Shown in pieces: positions 25,976 through 39,190 of a DNA stretch of 64,000 nucleotides (position 1 is its first letter; each line of letters starts with the position of its first letter). This DNA comes from Octopus bimaculoides (taxonomy: Eukaryota): the NCBI RefSeq assembly GCF_001194135.2, contig NC_068981.1, positions 39,014,724 to 39,078,723 on the forward strand, given 5' to 3'. The notes under the pieces were generated by a model. It had not been told where the DNA came from. It saw only the letters and a list, made by a program, of their open reading frames with translations, and ran no database searches. Made by a program: the position numbers and the translations under genes.

Positions 25976-26779
25976 AATCAGCCAATATCATCACCATTAT
26001 CATCACTACTACCACTGCCATCACCACCATCATCATGTGAATATATACTGTAATGTATATGGAAGTAGAAAAACGTTAAAGGCCATTGCTGTTTATATGA
26101 GCAAGTAGAAAATATATATATTGAATATCCATTGTGGCATCTGACATTGCAAAGACATTATGATAACAATAATGTAGGCTGTATTAATGTTTACATGTGT
26201 CCATTGTATCATCATTGTTGTGTTACATCATACAAACTAAAATCTGGTTGTGTTTTTTAGCCTTAAAAGAGTACCATGGGAAATTATTGCTCATTCCTGT
26301 AAGAAATGGTAGCAATGTATCTTTATTCCAATTTTCATTATTTCCTATTACTTGACAAATGGCAAAATAAATAAGCTTGAACATAAATTCTGTCTTACTT
26401 TTTCTTTCTTTTTTCTTTAGTTCATCTAATTCTATCTTTTCATTTAGATCCAGAACATGGCATTTGACAGATTTTCTTTCATTTGAAATAAGTCTTAACA
26501 CGCATACATCTCCAGAAAAAAAGCTTAGTTTTATCAACATTCTACAGTCATGTGGTGCATAACTTCCTACTGTATTCAGTTTCTTCAGCTTTTCAGGTAG
26601 AGCACTGGGGCCTCTTTATCATGACTTGTATAAAACTGTCAACCCAATTCATGTATACAGGTAACCATCAACAGATATTTCTACTTCTTTAGTTTCTTGC
26701 TTGACTAATGAGATTCTATCAACATTTTCAAGCTGCTGCTACATATAACATAAACATTCAATATCTTGTATCCTTCAAG

Positions 26780-26990
26780 GCAGTGAGCAGGCAGAAACAC
26801 TAGCACACCAGGCAAAATGCTTAGTAACATTTCATCCATCTTTATGTTCAAATCATGCCAAGGGTGACTTCGCCTTTCATCCTTTTGGGGTTGATAAAAC
26901 ATGTACCAATTGAGCACTAGAGTTGATGTAATTGACTTACCCTTCCTCAAAATTGCTGTTCTAGTGTCTAAAGTTTGAAACCTATATTTT
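26780..26990 (+). mobile_element. SINE family B
   Basis: gagcaggcagaaacactagcacaccaggcaaaatgcttag...gtgacttcgcctttcatccttttggggttgataaa. Confidence 0.8.
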
Positions 26991-28789
26991 GTGTTCTTTA
27001 ACACATGGATGTAAACCCATCCAGTTATTTTAGTTGCAACAGATGGCTAGATTAGATATTTTTTGGTAAATTTTGTAATGAATTTAAACAGAAAATAATC
27101 ACAAGATATTTCAGATTCAAAACAGTCTTACATTTTATGAAGTTTCAAAAATAAAAATTTAGCTGACTATATTCCAAAATTGTTGAAATAATTATTTCAA
27201 CAAAAGCTATATGTTTTGCTGTAGAGTGTATTTAATATTATATAATACATCCAGAGCTTTAAAATATTGATTTATTCAAATGCAACTGGTAATGTAAGCC
27301 TGTTAATGTATTGAAATGTAAACTTGTACTAAGAAATATTCCTATGAAAAACATGAAGAAAGTCAATACTGTAAATTGTTTCTCTCATGCTGAGTAAAAG
27401 AAAAGCATTTATAAAAGAAAAATCATTTTCATAATCTAGGTGAGTTAAAACTTCTTTTGCCAGCTTAATAGCAATATAATAGATGTCTTTTTAATCTATG
27501 GTTCTTTGTTCAAAGCCATTTAAGAACCCATTTCAGCAAACAAAATCCTGGGGAAAAAGATTTTAGGAAACAAATTATCTCATTTATGATTATTTTGACT
27601 TTATTCTTTAAAGTCAATTATTTATCATTAAAATATATTTAGGAAGGAATATATTACGAAATGTTCATACTATACTGAGAAATCCAATGGATTATTAAAA
27701 TGATAAAATGATATTTAATGGAAAATGAAGGTTCATAATGTAAATATTATATCTGAAAATAGAATAGAAGTCATGGAAGAAGTTATGAAGTATATATTTA
27801 ATTCCTGGCTTTACAAATGTTATCTCTTATAGTACAAAGTATCTGGAATCAATATAAATTATTGAAATAATGCAGTACATTTACTTCTCTTAAATATTAT
27901 ATAGCTTTGTAGAAAATAAATAATATTATAATAAAAAAATATAACAATAAATAAAAAAAAAATAAATGAATGAAATAAAAATAAATAGGTGAAATAAAAT
28001 TAAAATAAATTAAATATTAAGTATATTTTTAAAAAAGAAAAATATTTATAACAAAGATGGCAGTTTTGACATGTAAAAATGTCATACAATAGAACAAAAA
28101 ATTTCATACATTGATAGATATGGAACAACATTTTCTTCTAATTTTACTAATATAATTTCTCTTCAACTATAATTTTCTACTTTTCTTTTTCTCTGATAAC
28201 TTATCAGAGTACTTATATGAAAAATAAATTAAACTAGGAAATTACAATACAACCTGTACAATATGAATGCCAAGAAAGTTATTTCTCACTTGTAACATGC
28301 AATGAAAGTTTATAAGCACTTAAAAAAACATTATACTAACCACTTCAAAAAATATACTTTGCTGTGATTGTTGTTGTTGTTATTATTATTATTAGTTTTC
28401 CTATTGAGAATTGAAAGAATATTGCTTTGATTAATAATCCTAAGTGTCTTTGTATCAAATTAACAACTTCCCTCTAAATATCTACTAATTCATTTCCCAT
28501 TTGCTAGTCTTTCAGAAGGAACCAAAAAAGACAACCTACTTCTACATTCTATCTAGATTTTTAAAATAATCTCTTCCCTGAAGACTAACTGAAATATGCT
28601 TCCTGAAACTTAAAACTAAGATACTGAAAGATAGGATAATTATAAGCTGTCTAGTTTATATTTCAAAAAAAAAAAAAAGAAAAGAAAAAGGAAAGAAAGA
28701 AAAATTGTGAAAGATAACTATGAATTATGATTTTATAAATGTATGTATGTGTGTATATATAAAAGAAGTTTGAAAATGCCAATCTATAT

Positions 28790-28855
28790 ATATATATATA
28801 TTTATATATGTGTGTGTGTGTGTGTATGTATCTATCTATCTATCTCACTCTCAAC

Positions 28856-28931
<76 letters not shown>

Positions 28932-28968
28932 ATCTATATCTATATATATGCATATATATGTATGTATG

Positions 28969-28999
<31 letters not shown>

Positions 29000-29015
29000 G
29001 TACGTATAGATAGAT
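28790..29015. repeat. compound (TA)n/(TG)n/(TATC)n microsatellite
   Basis: Directly visible. Confidence 0.95.
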
Positions 29016-30034
29016 AGACAGATGATTATATTCAATTCCTTGCAGTATATTTTTTCATATACTTATTTATTGACATATACATTCATGCACATGATTATAT
29101 GTGTGTGTGTAAATGCATACATATGTACATGGATACATAAATACATACATATATACTTAAATACATACACAGCATTTTGTCAATCAATCTCTTTAACTAA
29201 CACAACATACATAAAACATTTGAAAACATATTGACTATACACTCCTCAATTTTGCTCACATGAGTAAAGTAGAAAGGAAACAAGAAAACAAACATACAAT
29301 ACACATCAATAGTTCTCTTCAAATCATTGGCTCCCTATTTAAGAAGAGGAGAAGAGAAAACCAGAATTTTATCTTCCTTTCTTCCATATTGAGTAAATGT
29401 CAATCATGCTAGCCCTTGAAACAAACAAGTTGCGGACATATTCAGATACCTGCCAATATGATGATCACATTTGATAATTGTTCTCTGTCAGAGGCAGTCT
29501 TCTTTATAAATTGATGCTCTCAATCATTAATGTCGCTATTATCTATTGTGAATGGTACACCTTTGTGAAAACAGATCTACTCAAGCTATGCAGGACGTAA
29601 AGGCATCGTTAAAGAAGAGCTTATCTTAATGATATTCTTTTTCTCTGGTTTCATTCAGGATGTGAGCTAGCCTCTAAGAACAAGGAGGTACTCACTTTTT
29701 CTATGGCCACTGATAACTCATTCTCTTTTCGTTTTTCACATACACAATTCCTTTTCTTATTTCTTTTGTTTTCTTCTCTCTCTTTCTGTTTCTATCTTAC
29801 CCTCTTTCTCTCTCACTTCCCTTCTTTCTCTTTGTTAACATAAAATTCTTTCATTAAGTTTAATACTAACACAGATACATTTAGTTAAAAAGCATACTTG
29901 TGCAATTTATACACTCATATTTTTACAGTTCTATGTTCACTTGACAGAAATTAATTTATGAAATATAAGGAAATACATATTATACTCTCTTATGTAAACA
30001 TATAATGACTTATATTTTACATATTTTTTTTTAC

Positions 30035-30435
30035 CGGACTGAGTCACTGGACTGTGGTTATGCAGGGGCACCACTGTGAAGGATCTATTTTATCACATTA
30101 CACCCAGTATTTATTTCAAGCATGAAGTGACACAGCATAAGCAGCAACACATCTTTCACCAAATTCAACAAATGCAAAGACAAACAACTATGTATGTATG
30201 TATGTATGTATGTATGTATGCGTGTATGTATGTGTGTGCTTATGTGCACACACATACACACACACACACACATGCATGAGCTTCTGCATAGTATCCATCT
30301 ACCAAATTTTATCCAAAAGGTATTTACCAGCCTAAGTCTACAATAGAAAACAATTGTCATTAGTGCTGCACAGCTGTATTGAACTTAGAACGACATAGTT
30401 GTGAAGAGTACTTCTTAACCACATGGATGTGGTTG
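30035..30435 (-). mobile_element. SINE family A (degraded) with expanded internal microsatellite
   Basis: gactgtggttatgcaggggcaccactgtgaagg, ccatctaccaaatt, gtacttcttaaccacatgg. Confidence 0.7.
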
Positions 30436-30442
30436 CATCTAA

Positions 30443-31370
30443 ATGTATATAGTATATATGTGATATGTGAGAGAGAGATATGTGATATATAAGAGAGGTG
30501 TACAGCAAAAACAACACAAGTACAATTGAATTTCTGTAAAGATATTAACATGAAATATTTCATAAAATACCTGCAACATTACATAGTTCATAATGTGTAC
30601 ATTAATACTAGAACATGTGTATATGTATTTTTGTGTATGTGTATGCATTAGTGTGTGTGTGTGTTTGTGCATGTGAGTGTTTGTGTGTCTGTGTGTGACA
30701 ATGTTGTTATACAGTGTATATTCTTTTCTAATCTAGGCACAAGGCATGTATATTAATACAGACATGTATGTGTGACAACATTGTTGTCCTACTTGTAATA
30801 TTAATAGAATACAAGAGTACGTATTGAGAGCTTGAAATTTAATAATGCTTGGGGTCCCTTTGTAATCTTTTTCATTCTGGGAGAATGTGAAAAATCAGTT
30901 CCTTCTATTGAGAACACGTTGCCAAAATTGAGCTCTCTGACAAAATGAACATGCAAAAGTAAGTTCTGATTGGATGGAAATAACCAATAAAAAAACTCAG
31001 CTGTGTAAGTTTACCAGATTTCTGCTGTTCCAGTAAAGTGACTATGTGACATGTATAGTTCAATATATCAATTGGTACCCCAAAACAATACCAACATTCT
31101 TTCATCGTTAATAAAACCTGTCAAAAAGACATAAAGTAATTGACAGTTCCTGATTAACTGAAAGTCATGTACATACTATATATGTGATATGTGAGTATGT
31201 GAGTGTGAGAGAGAGAGATCATATGTACAACAAAAACAGCACAAGTACAATTGAATTTCTGTAAAGATATCAACATGAAATATTTTATAAAATACATGCA
31301 ACATTATATAGTTCATAGTGTGTATATTAATGCTAGAGTGTACATATGTGTTTGTATGTATGCGTATGCA

Positions 31371-31400
<30 letters not shown>
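30443..31400 (+). repeat. local direct duplication, about 220 bp (30443-30665 and 31170-31400)
   Basis: Both contain cacaagtacaattgaatttctgtaaagatat.aacatgaaatatt...gtatgcattagtgtgtg, with scattered substitutions. Confidence 0.85.
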
Positions 31401-31406
<6 letters not shown>

Positions 31407-31879
31407 TTACATTAATAGTGAACTAAAGGACAAGTAAATACCAGAAAGGTGGATGTCACATTCTTCAATGGAATTTAAACTAATGATCCAGTACCAATGA
31501 TTTCATAATGTCTAATTCATCAGTAAAAAAAAGCATCAATACTAGATCATTGATAAAATGATATTTAAATATATATATATATATATATACATATATAAAT
31601 ATATAATACACACACACACACACATATATAAAATAGAAACATTGTTGTTCCTAAATCTCTCAACGAGAGATATTCAGTAGCAGCACTTTAAAGTAACAAT
31701 TCACAGATACTGCTTTGGTGGATACTAACCTCCCCTGTTTGAAAATATAAGGACACAGATTGTGTGTCTTATAGCCAGTTGGAGCCAATGTCTCCTGGGT
31801 GCTAAACAACAGTAGCATTTGGCCCAAAATGGAACTGCCATATTAGGTTGGCAAAAATTCATTACTTTATATATAATTT

Positions 31880-32085
31880 ATTTGCCATGATAGATCACTA
31901 GCCACTACACATTCTTTATTTTCTCTCCTTGTTTCTGTGTTCCTTTCTGTGGAAGAGTGTAGGCTCGAAACATTAAAGACTTTTACACTTCCTGAGCATA
32001 AAACTAATAAACCTGTTTGTAGTCTACACCACCTGTCTTTGTCTTTTGTTTTTGTTTTTTTGTGAATTCTCCCTATATATATATA
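31880..32085 (+). mobile_element. short PLE-like terminal repeat, family H, copy 2, with hammerhead-like motif at 31943-31978; ends in (TA)n
   Basis: CUUU-CUGUGGA-A-GAGU(GUAG)GCUC-GAAA-CAU-U-AAAG. Followed by the 30-bp perfect palindrome 32065-32094. Confidence 0.7.
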
Positions 32086-32339
32086 GGGAGAATTTACTGA
32101 TTGTCCTAAACTATACACATATAAATTCCTCTATTTACCTAATATCAAGGTCTCATTCTTTTGTTGCCATTTATTATTATTATTATTATTATATATAATG
32201 CATGTATATCTATACACACATATACATCTGTAATGTGTGTGTGTGTGTGCGTGTGTGTACACGTATATATGGAATGACAAAGGACCAAGATATCTAGTGT
32301 CTTGCTGTACTCAAGAAGACCTATCCTCCACAGCAGAGG

Positions 32340-32575
32340 TGTTCTTGTCACCCCGTCCCCCAGCTGAAGAAGATTGGCTTTCCAGAGCCCTGTCCTGGTG
32401 CCATGTGGAAAGCACCCAAGCACACTCTGTAAAGTGGTTGGCATTAGGAAGGGCATCCAGCTGTAAAAATCAAACCAAATCAGACTGGAACCTGGTGCAG
32501 CTCTCCTGCTTGCCAGCTCTGGTCAAACCATCCAACCCATGCCAGCATGGAAAATGGACTTTAAAGTAGTAGTAG
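32340..32575 (+). mobile_element. RTE-tailed short repeat
   Basis: gtggttggcattaggaagggcatccagctgt...aaatcagactgg...aacccatgccagcatggaaaatggac. Confidence 0.85.
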
Positions 32576-34404
32576 GAGGAGGAGGATATTGTTTGTTTCT
32601 TGCTGCATTGATTTGAACTGGCATTTGGTTATGAAATTTCTTTCTTTCTTGATGCATTGCTGTTGTGATCTGCCATCTACAAAATCAGGGAAAGATCACA
32701 GAATTTGGTTGTTTCTCACTGGCACATATCTTTATGTGTTCATTGAATTCTATTTGTTTTCTGCCATTCTCGTTTGCTATCTATGCAGAGTCATGCATTG
32801 TCATAAGGTTTCTCCCTACATCAACAGCCTCTATTATTTTCAGCACTTCAACTACACTGCTTAATCTACAACTACTGTTTCTACAACTGCATCTAATGTA
32901 GCCACTATTTCTAATACGACTACAACTGTTGCTACTACTACTGCCACCACCATCACAAAAGTTAATAATCACTCCTTAATACCAACATTGTTATTAAGAT
33001 ACAAAAGACAACTGCCACCACTAAAACTGTTACTAATTGTTTTATGACCCAGCAGATATCAGAGGAAAACCAAAGGCTAGTACTGTGTGAATTGAATTTT
33101 GTAAGTAAATCATATGACCTTCCAAAAACTGATAACATGAAAGATTAATTAAATTTATTTTCTCTTCTCTTGCAGCATGACTTAAAACAATTGAAACCGG
33201 CAGGATATTTTGATAAAAATGTAAATATTGTTTTTCTTTTTTCATGGTGAAGTTATCAAAGCAATTTCTTTTTGTTTTTAGTGCGTACATACATGCGTAC
33301 ATATGTACATACACACATACATACATGTGTGTATGTATGTATGTATGTATGTATGTACGTATGTATGTACACATGTATGTACACATGTATGTATGTATAT
33401 ATATATATATATCATTGTTCAGTTTTATTTCTAGATGTCTTACCAGTAGAGAAAGAGCTGGTTTCTATGATGTATGTATGTATGTATATGAAGTGAGAGC
33501 ACTTGTTTGTTCTTTCAGATATTATATTGTCTATTTAAAAATGATCATTTGTAATTTTATGTGACTTTTGCTGCTACTTTTCCTAGTCACTGTTGTCAGT
33601 TCATAATTGGAGGCTTTCATGCTATGTTGTTTAAGATATCACAATATACTTTGGGAACTCCAGTACAGACACAGAAACATAGACACATGTTTTACTTTCA
33701 TTTACTACTTCACAGTAGTACACACACACACATGTACACACACGCACACACATACATACATGCATATACACACACATACATACAAACACTCCCATGCACG
33801 CACACACACACATATATCGATAGATAGATATGAAATGGTACATACAACTCAAGGTACATAACACCTGTTCATCAGAATCGTCATCTTTTATTTATGACAG
33901 AAAATGCGGTTGTTACAGTTCAAGGGATGTAATCTAAATATAGGTAATGGTAAATTATCTCCTTGTTGACTGGTTTAAGGCTATCTGCTATATTCCGTGT
34001 AAAAGTATTGAAGCTCCCTAGTGTAATGAATATACTTGCACACATTTGTATACAGCGAACGTGTTCAGCTATTTCCTTGCATGTATTGGCATACATAAAG
34101 AACTTTAGCATTTGCATGAATAGCACATATTTTATCTCTTGTATTTATATTTGCTTTTATACACATGTTGTGCTTACATACATTCAGATGGCATTCATAG
34201 ATCTCCATGTACATATAGACACTCAATTACACATATACACACCCAATAAAGCCAGCATCATCTTCTGGTGCATACATATGCATAAACACATATTGAAAAC
34301 GGTCCTGCACACACATATGCCTGCATATTTACGAGCACACAGGAATTTCCAGTGTAAAATGCTTAGTACATATGCAGATAATACTTTTTCTACTACAGGT
34401 ATGG

Positions 34405-34591
34405 GGCTTGAAAGTTTGGTGGACGGAGCTAGTCAATTAAATCGCCCCAGTGCTCATCTGGTACTTATTATATTGGCCCCCAAATGGATGAAAAGCAAAG
34501 TTGACCATGACAGTATTTGGACACAGGGCATAAAGAGCTGGAACAAATGTCACTAAGCATTTTGTCTGATACTCTAACAAGTCTGCCAACT
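34405..34591 (-). mobile_element. SINE family B (left member of head-to-head pair)
   Basis: ccccagtgctcatctggtacttatt...ggatgaaaagcaaagttgacc...cactaagcattttgtctg...ctgccaac. Confidence 0.75.
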
Positions 34592-34609
34592 TATGTAGAT
34601 AACGTTATA

Positions 34610-34815
34610 GGTGAGCTGGCCGAATTGCTAGCAAGCTGGGAAAAGCACTGAGCAGCATTATGTTCATCTTCATATTCTGAGTTAAAATTCTGCCAAGGTT
34701 AACTTTGCTTTTCATCCTTTTGGGGTTGATAAAATAAGTACCAGTTGATCACTGGGGCTGATGTATTTGACTTACTCTTTCTCCACAAATTACTAGCCTT
34801 TTACCAAAATTTGGA
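34610..34815 (+). mobile_element. SINE family B (right member of head-to-head pair)
   Basis: ggtgagctggccgaattgctagc...ttctgagttaaaattctgccaaggttaactttgcttttcatccttttggggttgataaaataagtaccag. Confidence 0.8.
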
Positions 34816-35056
34816 GCTGGTATTGTACATATAAACTGTATGTACCCACTGATACACAGATGTACCTGTGGTGTGATTAGGCGTGCATACACCTCTATCT
34901 GAAACATGCATACATACCTCTGTAGGTTCATGCAATGTCTAAAGAATGACATATGGTTGTCTATGCATCCATAGACCTTCTACATATTTGCACCAGCATG
35001 TGTAGGTACAGCAGCACATTTTGTAATTAAGGACACACAAGAAGCAAGAGGAAATA

Positions 35057-35265
35057 TTTGGTCTGTTCAAAAAGTATCCAGACTATTGCCATAGTAACAA
35101 AGCTAAATCATGCATAGTAAAGCCGCTTGGCACAGATTGACCTTGAACTTTGTTGTGCATGTGCACTAAGTTTTAACCTTCTTGCTTACTTCCGTTGTAT
35201 ACAGCAGTGCTTGGAAGGAAGGTGTGTAGCATGCGATCATAGCATTGACCATACCTCAAGAATAC
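35057..35265 (+). mobile_element. 5' end (TIR and leader) of the same mariner family as 11671-12958
   Basis: ggtctgttcaaaaagtatccagactattgccatagtaac...cagattgaccttgaact...ggaaggaaggtgtgtagcatgcgatc matches the reverse complement of 12770-12958. Confidence 0.8.
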
Positions 35266-35624
35266 CTTTGTCTGAAGATTTGTGATTTTGGTTGAATCAC
35301 ATCATTTTATGTTTATTTGTATGCTTCCATATGTTGGACAAGTCTACTCATGTAGATTGACTAGCTATTTGTATCAGTTCATTGTCATTCTTCATAAGTT
35401 TTAGCACCCTGAGGTAAGTCTTTACTGCATCTCCCCACATTTTTTTTTGTTTTTTTGGTCATCTTGTAACTATTTTTCCTCTTTCGCTTACCTCAACTTC
35501 ATCTTTTATCCACGTTGATATACAATTCATATAAACTATTATTTTCATCATCATCGTCATCGTCGTTTAACGTCTACTTTCCATGCTAGCATGGGTTGAG
35601 AATATCAAGACTATATATTAAATG

Positions 35625-35757
35625 TCAATTTATCGACCCTGAAAGGATGAAAGGCAAAGTCGACCTCGGAGGAATTTGAACTCAGAACATAATGACAGAC
35701 AAAATACTACTACGCATTTCGCCTGGTGTGCTAACGTCTCTGCCACCTCACCACCTT
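35625..35757 (-). mobile_element. SINE family B, young, abutting an RTE tail (35545-35600)
   Basis: tttatcgaccctgaaaggatgaaaggcaaagtcgacctcggaggaatttgaactcagaac; CpGs retained. Confidence 0.9.
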
Positions 35758-36709
35758 AAAATTATACATGTTCTATCTGGTTTTGTAAAATCTAGCTTCC
35801 AAAGATTAATACTGGAGCATTTAGTCAATTTCCCCTATAATTATTGTTATATAAGTGAACCAAGTACCTGCAGATTTCTCATCAATTCAGCATAGTTCCT
35901 TTTTTTTCTTATTTTTACAAATCTTTAACATTATGTTGACATTGGCTGGGCAACTGATTTCAACTGCAGTGCATACTTCCTTTTATCTGCCCAGATCAAT
36001 ATGTGCAATTACATCATGTACAGTTTTGAAACTTTCTGGAAATACCCTGTATATTTACATACATATGTGCATTACATACATATAAAAAATATAAATAGAT
36101 ACATGCACTCATACATATAATAGATATAAATAGGTATATGCATTACATATATGCAAACACATAACTACAGACATATAAATATGTAACTATATATATGTGT
36201 GTGTGTTTGTGTGCATCTAGTCTTTGAAGAGAGACGTAAATATGTTGAAACAATTTACTGCTGTAAAGCATCATCTGGTTAATAAAAGAATATTGGCTCT
36301 GCATCAATAATGCATTAAATACTTTCTTAAGTCATAGTCAACTCTACTTATGAACTTGATTTATATCATGTATATATATATGTGTGTGTGTGTGTGCATG
36401 TGTATATGTGTGGACATGTGTGTGCATGTATGTGTGTGTTTAGATGCATGCATACATATTCACTTTATATAAGAATATATCTTTAGCCTCACTCACAAAC
36501 AGTTTTGAATTAAAGTCCAAACGACTATAGAATTGTAATTTCTACATTGCTAGATCTCAACATTGGTGTGGTTAAAGTATGCTTTCCCATTCTTATTAGT
36601 AACATGTCAGACCATTCCAGAATGTGTCATTTGGTATTGCAAATTTTGTAATTAGTACTTGAGGAAAACTATTTAGGAATGTACAATGTATAACATTCAG
36701 TTAGTTTTC

Positions 36710-37120
36710 ATCGTCATCATTGTTTAACGTCTGTTTTCCATGCTGGCATGGGTCGGATGGTTTGACTGAGCTCAGGAAAGCCAGTGGCTGCACCAGGCTC
36801 CACAATCTGACCTGGCAATGTTTCTAGTTAGATGCCCTTCCTAACACCAACCACTCCGAGATTGTAGTAGGTGCTTTTTACATGCCACCAGCACAGGAGC
36901 TAGTCAGGTGGCCCTGGCATCGATCATGTTCAGATGGTGCTTTTTACATGCCACCAGCACGGGTGCCAGTCAGAGGGCACTGGTATCGACCACATTCAGA
37001 TGGTTGTTTTCATGTGCCACCAGCACAAGTGCCAATTAGGAGGCACAGGCATCAACCAAGTTTGGATGGTGCATTTAACATGTCACCAGCATGGGAGCCT
37101 GTCAGGGGCACTGGCCACAG
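36710..37120 (-). mobile_element. RTE-tailed repeat with an internal 66-bp tandem array
   Basis: Tail catcatcattgtttaacgtctgttttccatgctggcatgg. Units start at 36870, 36936, 37002 and 37068 (ggtgcttttacatgccaccagcac...). Confidence 0.85.
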
Positions 37121-37684
37121 CTAAAATATCGACAACCTCATTCTAAAATAGTTTTATAGTTATACTCCTGTAAATAATATGTAAGTTTAATGAGGGAGAT
37201 ATCAAGATCTTGACCTATTTACCTGCTTGAGTTTCAACGGTTTTAGTGTTTTCTGATCTTCATGTTGAATGGTTTTGATGGTGTTCCTCCCATCACATTC
37301 TGTAATTTTATGAAGTAACTTAGCCTTATTCATCCTTATCTCTCTACATGGAATTATCCAAGCCAATGAGAGAAGTGTTATGTGATCATTTGGCCTTCTG
37401 AAAATGGCATTCAAATTTCCTCAAATTATATCCTACCATCTTTAAATGAGAGTGACACATTGAATAGAATAGTACTGAAAATGCAAAGTACCAAGAGAAG
37501 GACTGGAGGAAAAAGAAACTGGAATGCTTTACGTCATATATTTGCTCGATCAGAATCGACCTGAAACTGAATAACAACAACAATAAAAACACCAACATGG
37601 AAACACTTAGGTAAATGTTTTCCTCTGACCTTCCCAACTACCTCACTGTTACCTTCATTTCAAGCATAGCATGTGATAGGGCTG

Positions 37685-37853
37685 CAGTGGCATAGCTAGG
37701 GCGTGTGCTGCCTTGGGCTGTTTGCCTTCCCCATTCTACCGAGGGGTGATACAACCAATACAGGCTTATGCACCAGACCCAAAAATGCTTCCCCTCCATA
37801 AAAGCATCACCTGAGGTGGACTGCCTCTTGACCACTCCTTTGCTACACTGCTG
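37685..37853. mobile_element. small hAT-like MITE
   Basis: Degenerate TIR CAGTGGCATAGC / GCTACACTGCTG. Flanking 8-mers TAGGGCTG and TCAGGCTG match at 6 of 8 positions. Confidence 0.45.
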
Positions 37854-39059
37854 TCAGGCTGCTCTTTTTTTTTTTAGGGCTAACAGTTTAGATTCAATAG
37901 AGGAAGAGTTAACAAACATGCTTACTTATTTCACATGCTACTATCGCACCTTTAAGAACTTCCAAAATTGCCCTTCAAAGTTGTACTTGTTTTATCAATT
38001 TTTGATCAGCATGTGCCTATAGGAACATTAGCAAAGTTATATTTCAAAGGTTTCATCTTTCCTTTAGAACTGAACAGTTGCTGGCTCTATAGAAGGCACA
38101 AGTGCATCCAAATAGTACATCTTACATGTATAGTTTGGTAAAGCTCTACATAAAAACAATATCCTATAAGAATCTTTTTTGACTGATTTTGAAACCTTCA
38201 CTCATTAAGACACTGCAACCTCTAGCAAACTGACATACAATATCCTAATGTCCTTTCAATTTTTTCCTATCAATATTATTGTTTCTGGTTTGAAGTAGCA
38301 AGCTGTGTACTACCAATCTACATGCCTCTCCTTTTCCTTCTTGTCCATACTATATCTTACACCTAAACATTTTGACCAAACCTTTACCCTCGGGATTGTT
38401 ATTATCTGGAACTCGCTTTCTAATTGTTTCTTACACAAGCAATACAAAACTGAATATCAACTACATCACCCTACCCAACTAAGCAAACTTTCAGAATTTA
38501 AAAGTACTTCTCTTTTCCTGGGATTAAAATATAGAAAAAGGAATGACCTCACTAGTCCAGGCTACTCAACCCCCAAATTAGGAATGCCACTAGTTTTCTT
38601 ATTAGATGACAAATGGTCATGTACTACTTTTGATATAAGTAAAAGAAGAAACTGAATGGATTTCATGGCTTTAATAAGATCATTAATGATATAAATATTG
38701 TTTGATAGCTACAAGTGGAAATGAAAGCTTATTCATATCTTACTAATATTCTATGAAAAAAAATCAAACAATTTGAAATCTAAACTAAATTTTAATAGTC
38801 TGCTACCATAACCATTCAAACAGTCATATTTGTCATTACATAAATTCATTTTAACACATCACCTAAAATCTAATTTTGAGAAAAATTCTAATATTGCTTC
38901 TTTGAAGTGGATTAATGAAATTTGGGACTATCAAAACTAATAAGAACCAGCCAATCAAAGCCAGTTGTTGACTTAGAATATATTATAGAAAAATATTGAG
39001 AATTGATAATTAATTAACCGTCTGATACTTATCTGTCTTTTTCATTCATTCATTTTTTT

Positions 39060-39109
39060 TTATAATAATAATAATAATAATAATAATATATATATACACA
39101 GACACACAC

Positions 39110-39173
<64 letters not shown>

Positions 39174-39190
39174 GTATATATATATATATA
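39060..39190. repeat. (TAA)n and (TA)n microsatellite
   Basis: Directly visible. Confidence 0.95.

Noticed and set aside
26223-26610. About 130-aa minus-strand open frame
   Set aside because: No domain similarity recognised, no polypyrimidine acceptor, and partly driven by a T-rich tract.
33963-34556. 197-aa plus-strand ORF, the longest without gaps
   Set aside because: It runs through CA/TA-rich low-complexity DNA and ends inside an antisense SINE B; no motif.
36870-37120. CRISPR-like array
   Set aside because: Eukaryotic context; the units are whole-length diverged tandem repeats without unique spacers or cas genes.
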